NCBI GenBank assembly: GCA_964057225.1
Contig: OZ059897.1
Span: 1,860,001 to 1,924,000, forward strand
Direction: 5' to 3'
DNA from: Auanema rhodensis
Lineage: Eukaryota > Animalia > Nematoda
DNA length: 64,000 bases
This document shows, one piece after another, positions 25,801-40,680 of this stretch; the stretch's first letter is position 1, and the number at the start of each line of letters is the position of its first letter. The translations under genes and the position numbers were made by a program. The notes beneath the pieces are model-generated. The model was given only the letters and a program-made list of their open reading frames with translations, was not told the DNA's origin and did no database searches.

Positions 25801-28800
25801 GTGTGAACCTATATCAGTTGATTACTCGGTGCATTTTTAAGCTAGCGCAAATCTGATAACACAGATCGACGCAGCTTAAAAATCCGCATCGAATGCACTA
25901 CACTACATTGAGAAACGCTCTATACAAAAATTAGTTATGATCGTTTGAAAAATAATGCATTAGTGTATGCTGAGTTCCCATGTACACTCAACATTGCTTC
26001 CAAAAACATTTTGACAAAAATTTTCCCGAAAAATTTCTAAATAATTTCACAAAAAGTAGATGTTTTTAGATTCCTTTTTTCAAGACGAATACGATGGACA
26101 ATGTTTTTCAACAAAAAAATCATTTCTTCAGGGTGAAAATCGAGGATATAAGTGTGAACATATATCAGTTGATATCTCGGTGCATTTTTAAGCTAACTCA
26201 AATCTGATAACACAGATCGACGCAGCTTAAAAATCCGCCTCGAATGCACTATACTACATTGAGAAACGCTTTATACAAAAATTAGTTATGATCGTATGAA
26301 AAATAATGCATTAGTGTATGTTGAGTTCCCATGTACACTCAACATTGCTTCCAAAAACATTTTGACAAAAATTTTCCCGAAAAATTTCTAAATAATTTCA
26401 CAAAAAGTAGAAGTTTTTAGATTCCTTTTTTCAAGACGAATACGATGGACAATGTTTTTCAACGAAAAAATCATTTCTTCAGGGTGAAAATCGAGGATAT
26501 AAGTGTGAACATATATCAGTTGATATCTCGGTGCATTTTCAAGCTAACTCAAATCTGATAACACAGATCGACGCAGCTTACAAATCCGCATCGAATGCAC
26601 TATACTACATTGAGAAACGCTCTATACAAAAATTAGTTATGATCGTTTGAAAAATAATGCATTAGTGTATGCTGAGTTCCCATGTACACTCAACATTGCT
26701 TCCAAAAACATTGTGACAAAAATTTTCCCGAAAAATTTCTAAATAATTTCACAAAAAGTAGGAGTTTTTAGATTTCTTTTTTCAAGGCAAAGACGATGGA
26801 CAATGTTATTCAACGAAAAAATTAATTCTTCAGGGTGAAAATCGAGGATATAAGTGTGAACCTATATCAGTTGATTACTCGGTGCATTTTTAAGCTAGCG
26901 CAAATCTGATAACACAGATCGACGCAGCTTAAAAATCCGCATCGAATGCACTATACTACATTGAGAAACGCTCTATACAAAAATTAGTTATGATCGTTTG
27001 AAAAATAATGCATTAGTGTATGCTGAGTTCCCATGTACACTCAACATTGCTTCCAAAAACATTTTGACAAAAATTTTCCCGAAAAATTTCTAAATAATTT
27101 CACAAAAAGTAGATGTTTTTAGATTCCTTTTTTCAAGACGAATACGATGGACAATGTTTTTCAACAAAAAAATCATTTCTTCAGGGTGAAAATCGAGGAT
27201 ATAAGTGTGAACATATATCAGTTGATATCTCGGTGCATTTTTAAGCTAACTCAAATCTGATAACACAGATCGACGCAGCTTAAAAATCCGCCTCGAATGC
27301 ACTATACTACATTGAGAAACGCTTTATACAAAAATTAGTTATGATCGTATGAAAAATAATGCATTAGTGTATGTTGAGTTCCCATGTACACTCAACATTG
27401 CTTCCAAAAACATTTTGACAAAAATTTTCCCGAAAAATTTCTGAATAATTTCACAAAAAGTAGATGTTTTTAGATTCTTTTTTTCAAGACGAATACGATG
27501 GACAATGTTTTTCAACGAAAAAATCATTTCTTCAGGGTGAAAATCGAGGATATAAGTGTGAACATATATCAGTTGATATCTCGGTGCATTTTTAAGCTAA
27601 CTCAAATCTGATAACACAGATCGACGCAGCTTAAAAATCCGCATCGAATGCACTATACTACATTGAGAAACGCTCTATACAAAAATTAGTTATGATCGTT
27701 TGAAAAATAATGCATTAGTGTATGCTGAGTTCCCATGTACACTCAACATTGCTTCCAAAAACATTGTGACAAAAATTTTCCCGAAAAATTTCTAAATAAT
27801 TTCACAAAAAGTAGAAGTTTTTAGATTCCTTTTTTCAAGACGAATACGATGGACAATGTTTTTCAACGAAAAAATCATTTCTTCAGGGTGAAAATCGAGG
27901 ATATAAGTGTGAACATATATCAGTTGATATCTCGGTGCATTTTCAAGCTAACTCAAATCTGATAACACAGATCGACGCAGCTTACAAATCCGCATCGAAT
28001 GCACTATACTACATTGAGAAACGCTCTATACAAAAATTAGTTATGATCGTTTGAAAAATAATGCATTAGTGTATGCTGAGTTCCCATGTACACTCAACAT
28101 TGCTTCCAAAAACATTGTGACAAAAATTTTCCCGAAAAATTTCTAAATAATTTCACAAAAAGTAGGAGTTTTTAGATTTCTTTTTTCAAGGCAAAGACGA
28201 TGGACAATGTTATTCAACGAAAAAATAAATTCTTCAGGGTGAAAATCGAGGATATAAGTGTGAACCTATATCAGTTGATTACTCGGTGCATTTTTAAGCT
28301 AGCGCAAATCTGATAACACAGATCGACGCAGCTTAAAAATCCGCATCGAATGCACTATACTACATTGAGAAACGCTCTATACAAAAATTAGTTATGATCG
28401 TTTGAAAAATAATGCATTAGTGTATGTTGAGTTCCCATGTACACTCAACATTGCTTCCAAAAACATTTTGACAAAAAGTTTCCCGAAAAATTTCTAAATA
28501 ATTTCACAAAAAGTAGATGTTTTTAGATTCCTTTTTTCAAGACGAATACGATGGACAATGTTTTTTAACGAAAAAATCATTTCTTCAGGGTGAAAATCGA
28601 GGATATAAGTGTGAACATATATCAGTTGATATCTCGGTGCATTTTTAAGCTAACTCAAATCTGATAACACAGATCGACGCAGCTTAAAAATCCGCATCGA
28701 ATGCACTATACTACATTGAGAAACGCTCTATACAAAAATTAGTTATGATCGTTTGAAAAATAATGCATTAGTGTATGCTGAGTTCCCATGTACACTCAAC

Positions 28801-31800
28801 ATTGCTTCCAAAAACATTGTGACAAAAATTTTCCCGAAAAATTTCTAAATAATTTCACAAAAAGTAGAAGTTTTTAGATTCCTTTTTTCAAGACGAATAC
28901 GATGGACAATGTTTTTCAACGAAAAAATCATTTCTTCAGGGTGAAAATCGAGGATATAAGTGTGAACATATATCAGTTGATATCTCGGTGCATTTTCAAG
29001 CTAACTCAAATCTGATAACACAGATCGACGCAGCTTACAAATCCGCATCGAATGCACTATACTACATTGAGAAACGCTCTATACAAAAATTAGTTATGAT
29101 CGTTTGAAAAATAATGCATTAGTGTATGCTGAGTTCCCATGTACACTCAACATTGCTTCCAAAAACATTGTGACAAAAATTTTCCCGAAAAATTTCTAAA
29201 TAATTTCACAAAAAGTAGGAGTTTTTAGATTTCTTTTTTCAAGGCAAAGACGATGGACAATGTTATTCAACGAAAAAATAAATTCTTCAGGGTGAAAATC
29301 GAGGATATAAGTGTGAACCTATATCAGTTGATTACTCGGTGCATTTTTAAGCTAGCGCAAATCTGATAACACAGATCGACGCAGCTTAAAAATCCGCATC
29401 GAATGCACTATACTACATTGAGAAACGCTCTATACAAAAATTAGTTATGATCGTTTGAAAAATAATGCATTAGTGTATGTTGAGTTCCCATGTACACTCA
29501 ACATTGCTTCCAAAAACATTTTGACAAAAAGTTTCCCGAAAAATTTCTAAATAATTTCACAAAAAGTAGATGTTTTTAGATTCCTTTTTTCAAGACGAAT
29601 ACGATGGACAATGTTTTTTAACGGAAAAATCATTTCTTCAGGGTGAAAATCGAGGATATAAGTGTGAACATATATCAGTTGATATCTCGGTGCATTTTTA
29701 AGCTAACTCAAATCTGATAACACAGATCGACGCAGCTTAAAAATCCGCATCGAATGCACTATACTACATTGAGAAACGCTCTATACAAAAATTAGTTATG
29801 ATCGTTTGAAAAATAATGCATTAGTGTATGCTGAGTTCCCATGTACACTCAACATTGCTTCCAAAAACATTTTGACAAAAATTTTCCCGAAAAATTTCTA
29901 AATAATTTCACAAAAAGTAGATGTTTTTAGATTCCTTTTTTCAAGACGAATACGATGGACAATGTTTTTCAACAAAAAAATCATTTCTTCAGGGTGAAAA
30001 TCGAGGATATAAGTGTGAACATATATCAGTTGATATCTCGGTGCATTTTTAAGTTAACTCAAATCTGATAACACAGATCAACGCAGCTTAAAAATCCGCC
30101 TCGAATGCACTATACTACATTGAGAAACGCTTTATACAAAAATTAGTTATGATCGTATGAAAAATAATGCATTAGTGTATGTTGAGTTCCCATGTACACT
30201 CAACATTGCTTCCAAAAACATTGTGACAAAAATTTTCCCGAAAAATTTCTAAATAATTTCACAAAAAGTAGATGTTTTTAGATTCCTTTTTTCAAGGCAA
30301 AGACGATGGACAATGTTATTCAACGAAAAAATTAATTCTTCAGGGTGAAAATCGAGGATATAAGTGTGAACCTATATCAGTTGATATCTCGGTGCATTTT
30401 CAAGCTAGCGCAAATCTGATAACACAGATCGACGCAGCTTAAAAATCCGCATCGAATGCACTATACTACATTGAGAAACGCTCTATACAAAAATTAGTTA
30501 TGATCGTTTGAAAAATAATGCATTAGTGTATGCTGAGTTCCCATGTACACTCAACATTGCTTCCAAAAACATTTTGACAAAAATTTTCCCGAAAAATTTC
30601 TAAATAATTTCACAAAAAGTAGAAGTTTTTAGATTCCTTTTTTCAAGACGAATACGATGGACAATGTTTTTCAACGAAAAAATCATTTCTTCAGGGTGAA
30701 AATCGAGGATATAAGTGTGAACATATATCAGTTGATATCTCGGTGCATTTTCAAGCTAACTCAAATCTGATAACACAGATCGACGCAGCTTACAAATCCG
30801 CATCGAATGCACTATACTACATTGAGAAACGCTCTATACAAAAATTAGTTATGATCGTTTGAAAAATAATGCATTAGTGTATGCTGAGTTCCCATGTACA
30901 CTCAACATTGCTTCCAAAAACATTGTGACAAAAATTTTCCCGAAAAATTTCTAAATAATTTCACAAAAAGTAGGAGTTTTTAGATTTCTTTTTTCAAGGC
31001 AAAGACGATGGACAATGTTATTCAACGAAAAAATTAATTCTTCAGGGTGAAAATCGAGGATATAAGTGTGAACCTATATCAGTTGATTACTCGGTGCATT
31101 TTTAAGCTAGCGCAAATCTGATAACACAGATCGACGCAGCTTAAAAATCCGCATCGAATGCACTATACTACATTGAGAAACGCTCTATACAAAAATTAGT
31201 TATGATCGTTTGAAAAATAATGCATTAGTGTATGCTGAGTTCCCATGTACACTCAACATTGCTTCCAAAAACATTTTGACAAAAATTTTCCCGAAAAATT
31301 TCTAAATAATTTCACAAAAAGTAGATGTTTTTAGATTCCTTTTTTCAAGACGAATACGATGGACAATGTTTTTCAACAAAAAAATCATTTCTTCAGGGTG
31401 AAAATCGAGGATATAAGTGTGAACATATATCAGTTGATATCTCGGTGCATTTTTAAGCTAACTCAAATCTGATAACACAGATCGACGCAGCTTAAAAATC
31501 CGCCTCGAATGCACTATACTACATTGAGAAACGCTTTATACAAAAATTAGTTATGATCGTATGAAAAATAATGCATTAGTGTATGTTGAGTTCCCATGTA
31601 CACTCAACATTGCTTCCAAAAACATTTTGACAAAAATTTTCCCGAAAAATTTCTGAATAATTTCACAAAAAGTAGATGTTTTTAGATTCTTTTTTTCAAG
31701 ACGAATACGATGGACAATGTTTTTCAACGAAAAAATCATTTCTTCAGGGTGAAAATCGAGGATATAAGTGTGAACATATATCAGTTGATATCTCGGTGCA

Positions 31801-32259
31801 TTTTTAAGCTAACTCAAATCTGATAACACAGATCGACGCAGCTTAAAAATCCGCATCGAATGCACTATACTACATTGAGAAACGCTCTATACAAAAATTA
31901 GTTATGATCGTTTGAAAAATAATGCATTAGTGTATGCTGAGTTCCCATGTACACTCAACATTGCTTCCAAAAACATTGTGACAAAAATTTTCCCGAAAAA
32001 TTTCTAAATAATTTCACAAAAAGTAGAAGTTTTTAGATTCCTTTTTTCAAGACGAATACGATGGACAATGTTTTTCAACGAAAAAATCATTTCTTCAGGG
32101 TGAAAATCGAGGATATAAGTGTGAACATATATCAGTTGATATCTCGGTGCATTTTCAAGCTAACTCAAATCTGATAACACAGATCGACGCAGCTTACAAA
32201 TCCGCATCGAATGCACTATACTACATTGAGAAACGCTCTATACAAAAATTAGTTATGAT

Positions 32260-35200
32260 CGTTTGAAAAATAATGCATTAGTGTATGTTGAGTTCCCATG
32301 TACACTCAACATTGCTTCCAAAAACATTTTGACAAAAAGTTTCCCGAAAAATTTCTAAATAATTTCACAAAAAGTAGATGTTTTTAGATTCCTTTTTTCA
32401 AGACGAATACGATGGACAATGTTTTTTAACGAAAAAATCATTTCTTCAGGGTGAAAATCGAGGATATAAGTGTGAACATATATCAGTTGATATCTCGGTG
32501 CATTTTTAAGCTAACTCAAATCTGATAACACAGATCGACGCAGCTTAAAAATCCGCATCGAATGCACTATACTACATTGAGAAACGCTCTATACAAAAAT
32601 TAGTTATGATCGTTTGAAAAATAATGCATTAGTGTATGCTGAGTTCCCATGTACACTCAACATTGCTTCCAAAAACATTTTGACAAAAATTTTCCCGAAA
32701 AATTTCTAAATAATTTCACAAAAAGTAGATGTTTTTAGATTCCTTTTTTCAAGACGAATACGATGGACAATGTTTTTCAACAAAAAAATCATTTCTTCAG
32801 GGTGAAAATCGAGGATATAAGTGTGAACATATATCAGTTGATATCTCGGTGCATTTTTAAGTTAACTCAAATCTGATAACACAGATCAACGCAGCTTAAA
32901 AATCCGCCTCGAATGCACTATACTACATTGAGAAACGCTTTATACAAAAATTAGTTATGATCGTATGAAAAATAATGCATTAGTGTATGTTGAGTTCCCA
33001 TGTACACTCAACATTGCTTCCAAAAACATTTTGACAAAAATTTTCCCGAAAAATTTCTGAATAATTTCACAAAAAGTAGATGTTTTTAGATTCTTTTTTT
33101 CAAGACGAATACGATGGACAATGTTTTTCAACGAAAAAATCATTTCTTCAGGGTGAAAATCGAGGATATAAGTGTGAACATATATCAGTTGATATCTCGG
33201 TGCATTTTTAAGCTAACTCAAATCTGATAACACAGATCGACGCAGCTTAAAAATCCGCATCGAATGCACTATACTACATTGAGAAACGCTCTATACAAAA
33301 ATTAGTTATGATCGTTTGAAAAATAATGCATTAGTGTATGCTGAGTTCCCATGTACACTCAACATTGCTTCCAAAAACATTGTGACAAAAATTTTCCCGA
33401 AAAATTTCTAAATAATTTCACAAAAAGTAGATGTTTTTAGATTCCTTTTTTCAAGGCAAAGACGATGGACAATGTTATTCAACGAAAAAATTAATTCTTC
33501 AGGGTGAAAATCGAGGATATAAGTGTGAACCTATATCAGTTGATATCTCGGTGCATTTTCAAGCTAGCGCAAATCTGATAACACAGATCGACGCAGCTTA
33601 AAAATCCGCATCAAATGCACTATACTACATTGATAAACGCTTAATACAAAAATTAGTTATGATCGTTTGAAAAATAATGCATTAGTGTATGTTGAGTTCC
33701 CATGTACACTCAACATTGCTTCCAAAAACATTTTGACAAAAATTTTCCCGAAAAATTTCTAAATAATTTCACAAAAAGTAGATGTTTTTAGATTCCTTTT
33801 TTCAAGACGAATACGATGGACAATGTTTTTCAACGAAAAAATCATTTCTTCAGGGTGAAAATCGAGGATATAAGTGTGAACATATATCAGTTGATATCTC
33901 GGTGCATTTTTAAGCTAACTCAAATCTGATAACACAGATCGACGCAGCTTACAAATCCGCATCGAATGCACTATACTACATTGAGAAACGCTCTATACAA
34001 AAATTAGTTATGATCGTTTGAAAAATAATGCATTAGTGTATGCTGAGTTCCCATGTACACTCAACATTGCTTCCAAAAACATTGTGACAAAAATTTTCCC
34101 GAAAAATTTCTAAATAATTTCACAAAAAGTAGGAGTTTTTAGATTTCTTTTTTCAAGGCAAAGACGATGGACAATGTTATTCAACGAAAAAATTAATTCT
34201 TCAGGGTGAAAATCGAGGATATAAGTGTGAACCTATATCAGTTGATTACTCGGTGCATTTTTAAGCTAGCGCAAATCTGATAACACAGATCGACGCAGCT
34301 TAAAAATCCGCATCGAATGCACTATACTACATTGAGAAACGCTCTATACAAAAATTAGTTATGATCGTTTGAAAAATAATGCATTAGTGTATGTTGAGTT
34401 CCCATGTACACTCAACATTGCTTCCAAAAACATTTTGACAAAAAGTTTCCCGAAAAATTTCTAAATAATTTCACAAAAAGTAGATGTTTTTAGATTCCTT
34501 TTTTCAAGACGAATACGATGGACAATGTTTTTTAACGAAAAAATCATTTCTTCAGGGTGAAAATCGAGGATATAAGTGTGAACATATATCAGTTGATATC
34601 TCGGTGCATTTTTAAGCTAACTCAAATCTGATAACACAGATCGACGCAGCTTAAGAATCCGCATCGAATGCACTATACTACATTGAGAAACGCTCTATAC
34701 AAAAATTAGTTATGATCGTTTGAAAAATAATGCATTAGTGTATGCTGAGTTCCCATGTACACTCAACATTGCTTCCAAAAACATTTTGACAAAAATTTTC
34801 CCGAAAAATTTCTAAATAATTTCACAAAAAGTAGATGTTTTTAGATTCCTTTTTTCAAGACGAATACGATGGACAATGTTTTTCAACAAAAAAATCATTT
34901 CTTCAGGGTGAAAATCGAGGATATAAGTGTGAACATATATCAGTTGATATCTCGGTGCATTTTTAAGTTAACTCAAATCTGATAACACAGATCAACGCAG
35001 CTTAAAAATCCGCCTCGAATGCACTATACTACATTGAGAAACGCTTTATACAAAAATTAGTTATGATCGTATGAAAAATAATGCATTAGTGTATGTTGAG
35101 TTCCCATGTACACTCAACATTGCTTCCAAAAACATTTTGACAAAAATTTTCCCGAAAAATTTCTAAATAATTTCACAAAAAGTAGATGTTTTTAGATTCC

Positions 35201-38200
35201 TTTTTTCAAGACGAATACGATGGACAATGTTTTTCAACAGAAAAATCATTTCTTCAGCGTGAAAATCGAGGATATAAGTGTGAACATATATCAGTTGATA
35301 TCTCGGTGCATTTTTAAGCTAACTCAAATCTGATAACACAGATCGACGCAGCTTAAAAATCCGCATCGAATGCACTATACTACATTGAGAAACGCTCTAT
35401 ACAAAAATTAGTTATGATCGTTTGAAAAATAATGCATTAGTGTATGTTGAGTTCCCATGTACACTCAACATTGCTTCCAAAAACATTTTGACAAAAATTT
35501 TCCCGAAAAATTTCTAAATAATTTCACAAAAAGTAGATGTTTTTAGATTCCTTTTTTCAAGGCAAAAACAATGGACAATGTTATTCAACGAAAAAATCAT
35601 TTCTTCAGGGTGAAAATCGAGGATATAAGTGTGAACCTATATCAGTTGATTACTCGGTGCATTTTTAAGCTAGCGCAAATCTGATAACACAGATCAACGC
35701 AGCTTAAAAATCCGCATCGAATGCACTATACTACATTGAGAAACGCTCCATACAAAAATTAGTTATGATCGTTTGAAAAATAATGCATTAGTGTATGTTG
35801 AGTTCCCATGTACACTCAACATTGCTTCCAAAAACATTTTGACAAAAATTTTCCCGAAAAATTTCTGAATACTTTCACAAAAAGTAGATGTTTTTAGATT
35901 CTTTTTTTCAAGACGAATACGATGGACAATGTTTTTCAACGAAAAAATCGTTTCTTCAGGGTGAAAATCGAGGATATAAGTGTGAACATATATCAGTTGA
36001 TATCTCGGTGCATTTTTAAGCTAACTCAAATCTGATAACACAGATCGACGCAGCTTAAAAATCCGCATCGAATGCACTATACTACATTGAGAAACGCTCT
36101 ATACAAAAATTAGTTATGATCGTTTGAAAAATAATGCATTAGTGTATGCTGAGTTCCCATGTACACTCAACATTGCTTCCAAAAACATTTTGACAAAAAG
36201 TTTCCCGAAAAATTTCTAAATAATTTCACAAAAAGTAGATGTTTTTAGATACCTTTTTTCAAGACGAATACGATGGACAATGTTTTTCAACAAAAAAATC
36301 ATTTCTTCAGGGTGAAAATCGAGGATATAAGTGTGAACATATATCAGTTGATATCTCGGTGCATTTTTAAGTTAACTCAAATCTGATAACACAGATCAAC
36401 GCAGCTTAAAAATCCGCCTCGAATGCACTATACTACATTGAGAAACGCTTTATACAAAAATTAGTTATGATCGTTTGAGAAATAATGCATTAGTGTATGT
36501 TGAGTTCCCATGTACACTCAACATTGCTTCCAAAAACATTTTGACAAAAAGTTTCCCGAAAAATTTCTAAATAATTTCACAAAAAGTAGATGTTTTTAGA
36601 TTCCTTTTTTCAAGACGAATACGATGGACAATGTTTTTTAACGAAAAAATCATTTCTTCAGGGTGAAAATCGAGGATATAAGTGTGAACATATATCAGTT
36701 GATATCTCGGTGCATTTTTAAGCTAACTCAAATCTGATAACACAGATCGACGCAGCTTAAAAATCCGCATCGAATGCACTATACTACATTGAGAAACGCT
36801 CTATACAAAAATTAGTTATGATCGTTTGAAAAATAATGCATTAGTGTATGCTGAGTTCCCATGTACACTCAACATTGCTTCCAAAAACATTTTGACAAAA
36901 ATTTTCCCGAAAAATTTCTAAATAATTTCACAAAAAGTAGATGTTTTTAGATTCCTTTTTTCAAGACGAATACGATGGACAATGTTTTTCAACAAAAAAA
37001 TCATTTCTTCAGGGTGAAAATCGAGGATATAAGTGTGAACATATATCAGTTGATATCTCGGTGCATTTTTAAGTTAACTCAAATCTGATAACACAGATCA
37101 ACGCAGCTTAAAAATCCGCCTCGAATGCACTATACTACATTGAGAAACGCTTTATACAAAAATTAGTTATGATCGTATGAAAAATAATGCATTAGTGTAT
37201 GTTGAGTTCCCATGTACACTCAACATTGCTTCCAAAAACATTTTGACAAAAATTTTCCCGAAAAATTTCTGAATAATTTCACAAAAAGTAGATGTTTTTA
37301 GATTCTTTTTTTCAAGACGAATACGATGGACAATGTTTTTCAACGAAAAAATCATTTCTTCAGGGTGAAAATCGAGGATATAAGTGTGAACATATATCAG
37401 TTGATATCTCGGTGCATTTTTAAGCTAACTCAAATCTGATAACACAGATCGACGCAGCTTAAAAATCCGCATCGAATGCACTATACTACATTGAGAAACG
37501 CTCTATACAAAAATTAGTTATGATCGTTTGAAAAATAATGCATTAGTGTATGCTGAGTTCCCATGTACACTCAACATTGCTTCCAAAAACATTGTGACAA
37601 AAATTTTCCCGAAAAATTTCTAAATAATTTCACAAAAAGTAGATGTTTTTAGATTCCTTTTTTCAAGGCAAAGACGATGGACAATGTTATTCAACGAAAA
37701 AATTAATTCTTCAGGGTGAAAATCGAGGATATAAGTGTGAACCTATATCAGTTGATATCTCGGTGCATTTTCAAGCTAGCGCAAATCTGATAACACAGAT
37801 CGACGCAGCTTAAAAATCCGCATCAAATGCACTATACTACATTGATAAACGCTTAATACAAAAATTAGTTATGATCGTTTGAAAAATAATGCATTAGTGT
37901 ATGTTGAGTTCCCATGTACACTCAACATTGCTTCCAAAAACATTTTGACAAAAATTTTCCCGAAAAATTTCTAAATAATTTCACAAAAAGTAGATGTTTT
38001 TAGATTCCTTTTTTCAAGACGAATACGATGGACAATGTTTTTCAACGAAAAAATCATTTCTTCAGGGTGAAAATCGAGGATATAAGTGTGAACATATATC
38101 AGTTGATATCTCGGTGCATTTTTAAGCTAACTCAAATCTGATAACACAGATCGACGCAGCTTACAAATCCGCATCGAATGCACTATACTACATTGAGAAA

Positions 38201-40680
38201 CGCTCTATACAAAAATTAGTTATGATCGTTTGAAAAATAATGCATTAGTGTATGCTGAGTTCCCATGTACACTCAACATTGCTTCCAAAAACATTGTGAC
38301 AAAAATTTTCCCGAAAAATTTCTAAATAATTTCACAAAAAGTAGGAGTTTTTAGATTTCTTTTTTCAAGGCAAAGACGATGGACAATGTTATTCAACGAA
38401 AAAATTAATTCTTCAGGGTGAAAATCGAGGATATAAGTGTGAACCTATATCAGTTGATTACTCGGTGCATTTTTAAGCTAGCGCAAATCTGATAACACAG
38501 ATCGACGCAGCTTAAAAATCCGCATCGAATGCACTATACTACATTGAGAAACGCTCTATACAAAAATTAGTTATGATCGTTTGAAAAATAATGCATTAGT
38601 GTATGTTGAGTTCCCATGTACACTCAACATTGCTTCCAAAAACATTTTGACAAAAAGTTTCCCGAAAAATTTCTAAATAATTTCACAAAAAGTAGATGTT
38701 TTTAGATTCCTTTTTTCAAGACGAATACGATGGACAATGTTTTTTAACGAAAAAATCATTTCTTCAGGGTGAAAATCGAGGATATAAGTGTGAACATATA
38801 TCAGTTGATATCTCGGTGCATTTTTAAGCTAACTCAAATCTGATAACACAGATCGACGCAGCTTAAGAATCCGCATCGAATGCACTATACTACATTGAGA
38901 AACGCTCTATACAAAAATTAGTTATGATCGTTTGAAAAATAATGCATTAGTGTATGCTGAGTTCCCATGTACACTCAACATTGCTTCCAAAAACATTTTG
39001 ACAAAAATTTTCCCGAAAAATTTCTAAATAATTTCACAAAAAGTAGATGTTTTTAGATTCCTTTTTTCAAGACGAATACGATGGACAATGTTTTTCAACA
39101 AAAAAATCATTTCTTCAGGGTGAAAATCGAGGATATAAGTGTGAACATATATCAGTTGATATCTCGGTGCATTTTTAAGTTAACTCAAATCTGATAACAC
39201 AGATCAACGCAGCTTAAAAATCCGCCTCGAATGCACTATACTACATTGAGAAACGCTTTATACAAAAATTAGTTATGATCGTATGAAAAATAATGCATTA
39301 GTGTATGTTGAGTTCCCATGTACACTCAACATTGCTTCCAAAAACATTTTGACAAAAATTTTCCCGAAAAATTTCTAAATAATTTCACAAAAAGTAGATG
39401 TTTTTAGATTCCTTTTTTCAAGACGAATACGATGGACAATGTTTTTCAACAGAAAAATCATTTCTTCAGCGTGAAAATCGAGGATATAAGTGTGAACATA
39501 TATCAGTTGATATCTCGGTGCATTTTTAAGCTAACTCAAATCTGATAACACAGATCGACGCAGCTTAAAAATCCGCATCGAATGCACTATACTACATTGA
39601 GAAACGCTCTATACAAAAATTAGTTATGATCGTTTGAAAAATAATGCATTAGTGTATGTTGAGTTCCCATGTACACTCAACATTGCTTCCAAAAACATTT
39701 TGACAAAAATTTTCCCGAAAAATTTCTAAATAATTTCACAAAAAGTAGATGTTTTTAGATTCCTTTTTTCAAGGCAAAAACAATGGACAATGTTATTCAA
39801 CGAAAAAATCATTTCTTCAGGGTGAAAATCGAGGATATAAGTGTGAACCTATATCAGTTGATTACTCGGTGCATTTTTAAGCTAGCGCAAATCTGATAAC
39901 ACAGATCAACGCAGCTTAAAAATCCGCATCGAATGCACTATACTACATTGAGAAACGCTCCATACAAAAATTAGTTATGATCGTTTGAAAAATAATGCAT
40001 TAGTGTATGTTGAGTTCCCATGTACACTCAACATTGCTTCCAAAAACATTTTGACAAAAATTTTCCCGAAAAATTTCTGAATACTTTCACAAAAAGTAGA
40101 TGTTTTTAGATTCTTTTTTTCAAACCGAATACGATGGACAATGTTTTTCAACGAAAAAATCGTTTCTTCAGGGTGAAAATCGAGGATATAAGTGTGAACA
40201 TATATCAGTTGATATCTCGGTGCATTTTTAAGCTAACTCAAATCTGATAACACAGATCGACGCAGCTTAAAAATCCGCATCGAATGCACTATACTACATT
40301 GAGAAACGCTCTATACAAAAATTAGTTATGATCGTTTGAAAAATAATGCATTAGTGTATGCTGAGTTCCCATGTACACTCAACATTGCTTCCAAAAACAT
40401 TTTGACAAAAATTTTCCCGAAAAATTTCTAAATAATTTCACAAAAAGTAGATGTTTTTAGATACCTTTTTTCAAGACGAATACGATGGACAATGTTTTTC
40501 AACAAAAAAATCATTTCTTCAGGGTGAAAATCGAGGATATAAGTGTGAACATATATCAGTTGATATCTCGGTGCATTTTTAAGTTAACTCAAATCTGATA
40601 ACACAGATCAACGCAGCTTAAAAATCCGCCTCGAATGCACTATACTACATTGAGAAACGCTTTATACAAAAATTAGTTAT
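32260..40680. repeat. Tandem duplication of 12 monomers (4212 bp); boundaries approximate
   Basis: Five otherwise private SNPs are each repeated at +4212: 33613/37825, 34655/38867, 35258/39470, 35872/40084 and 36251/40463. Confidence 0.92.
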
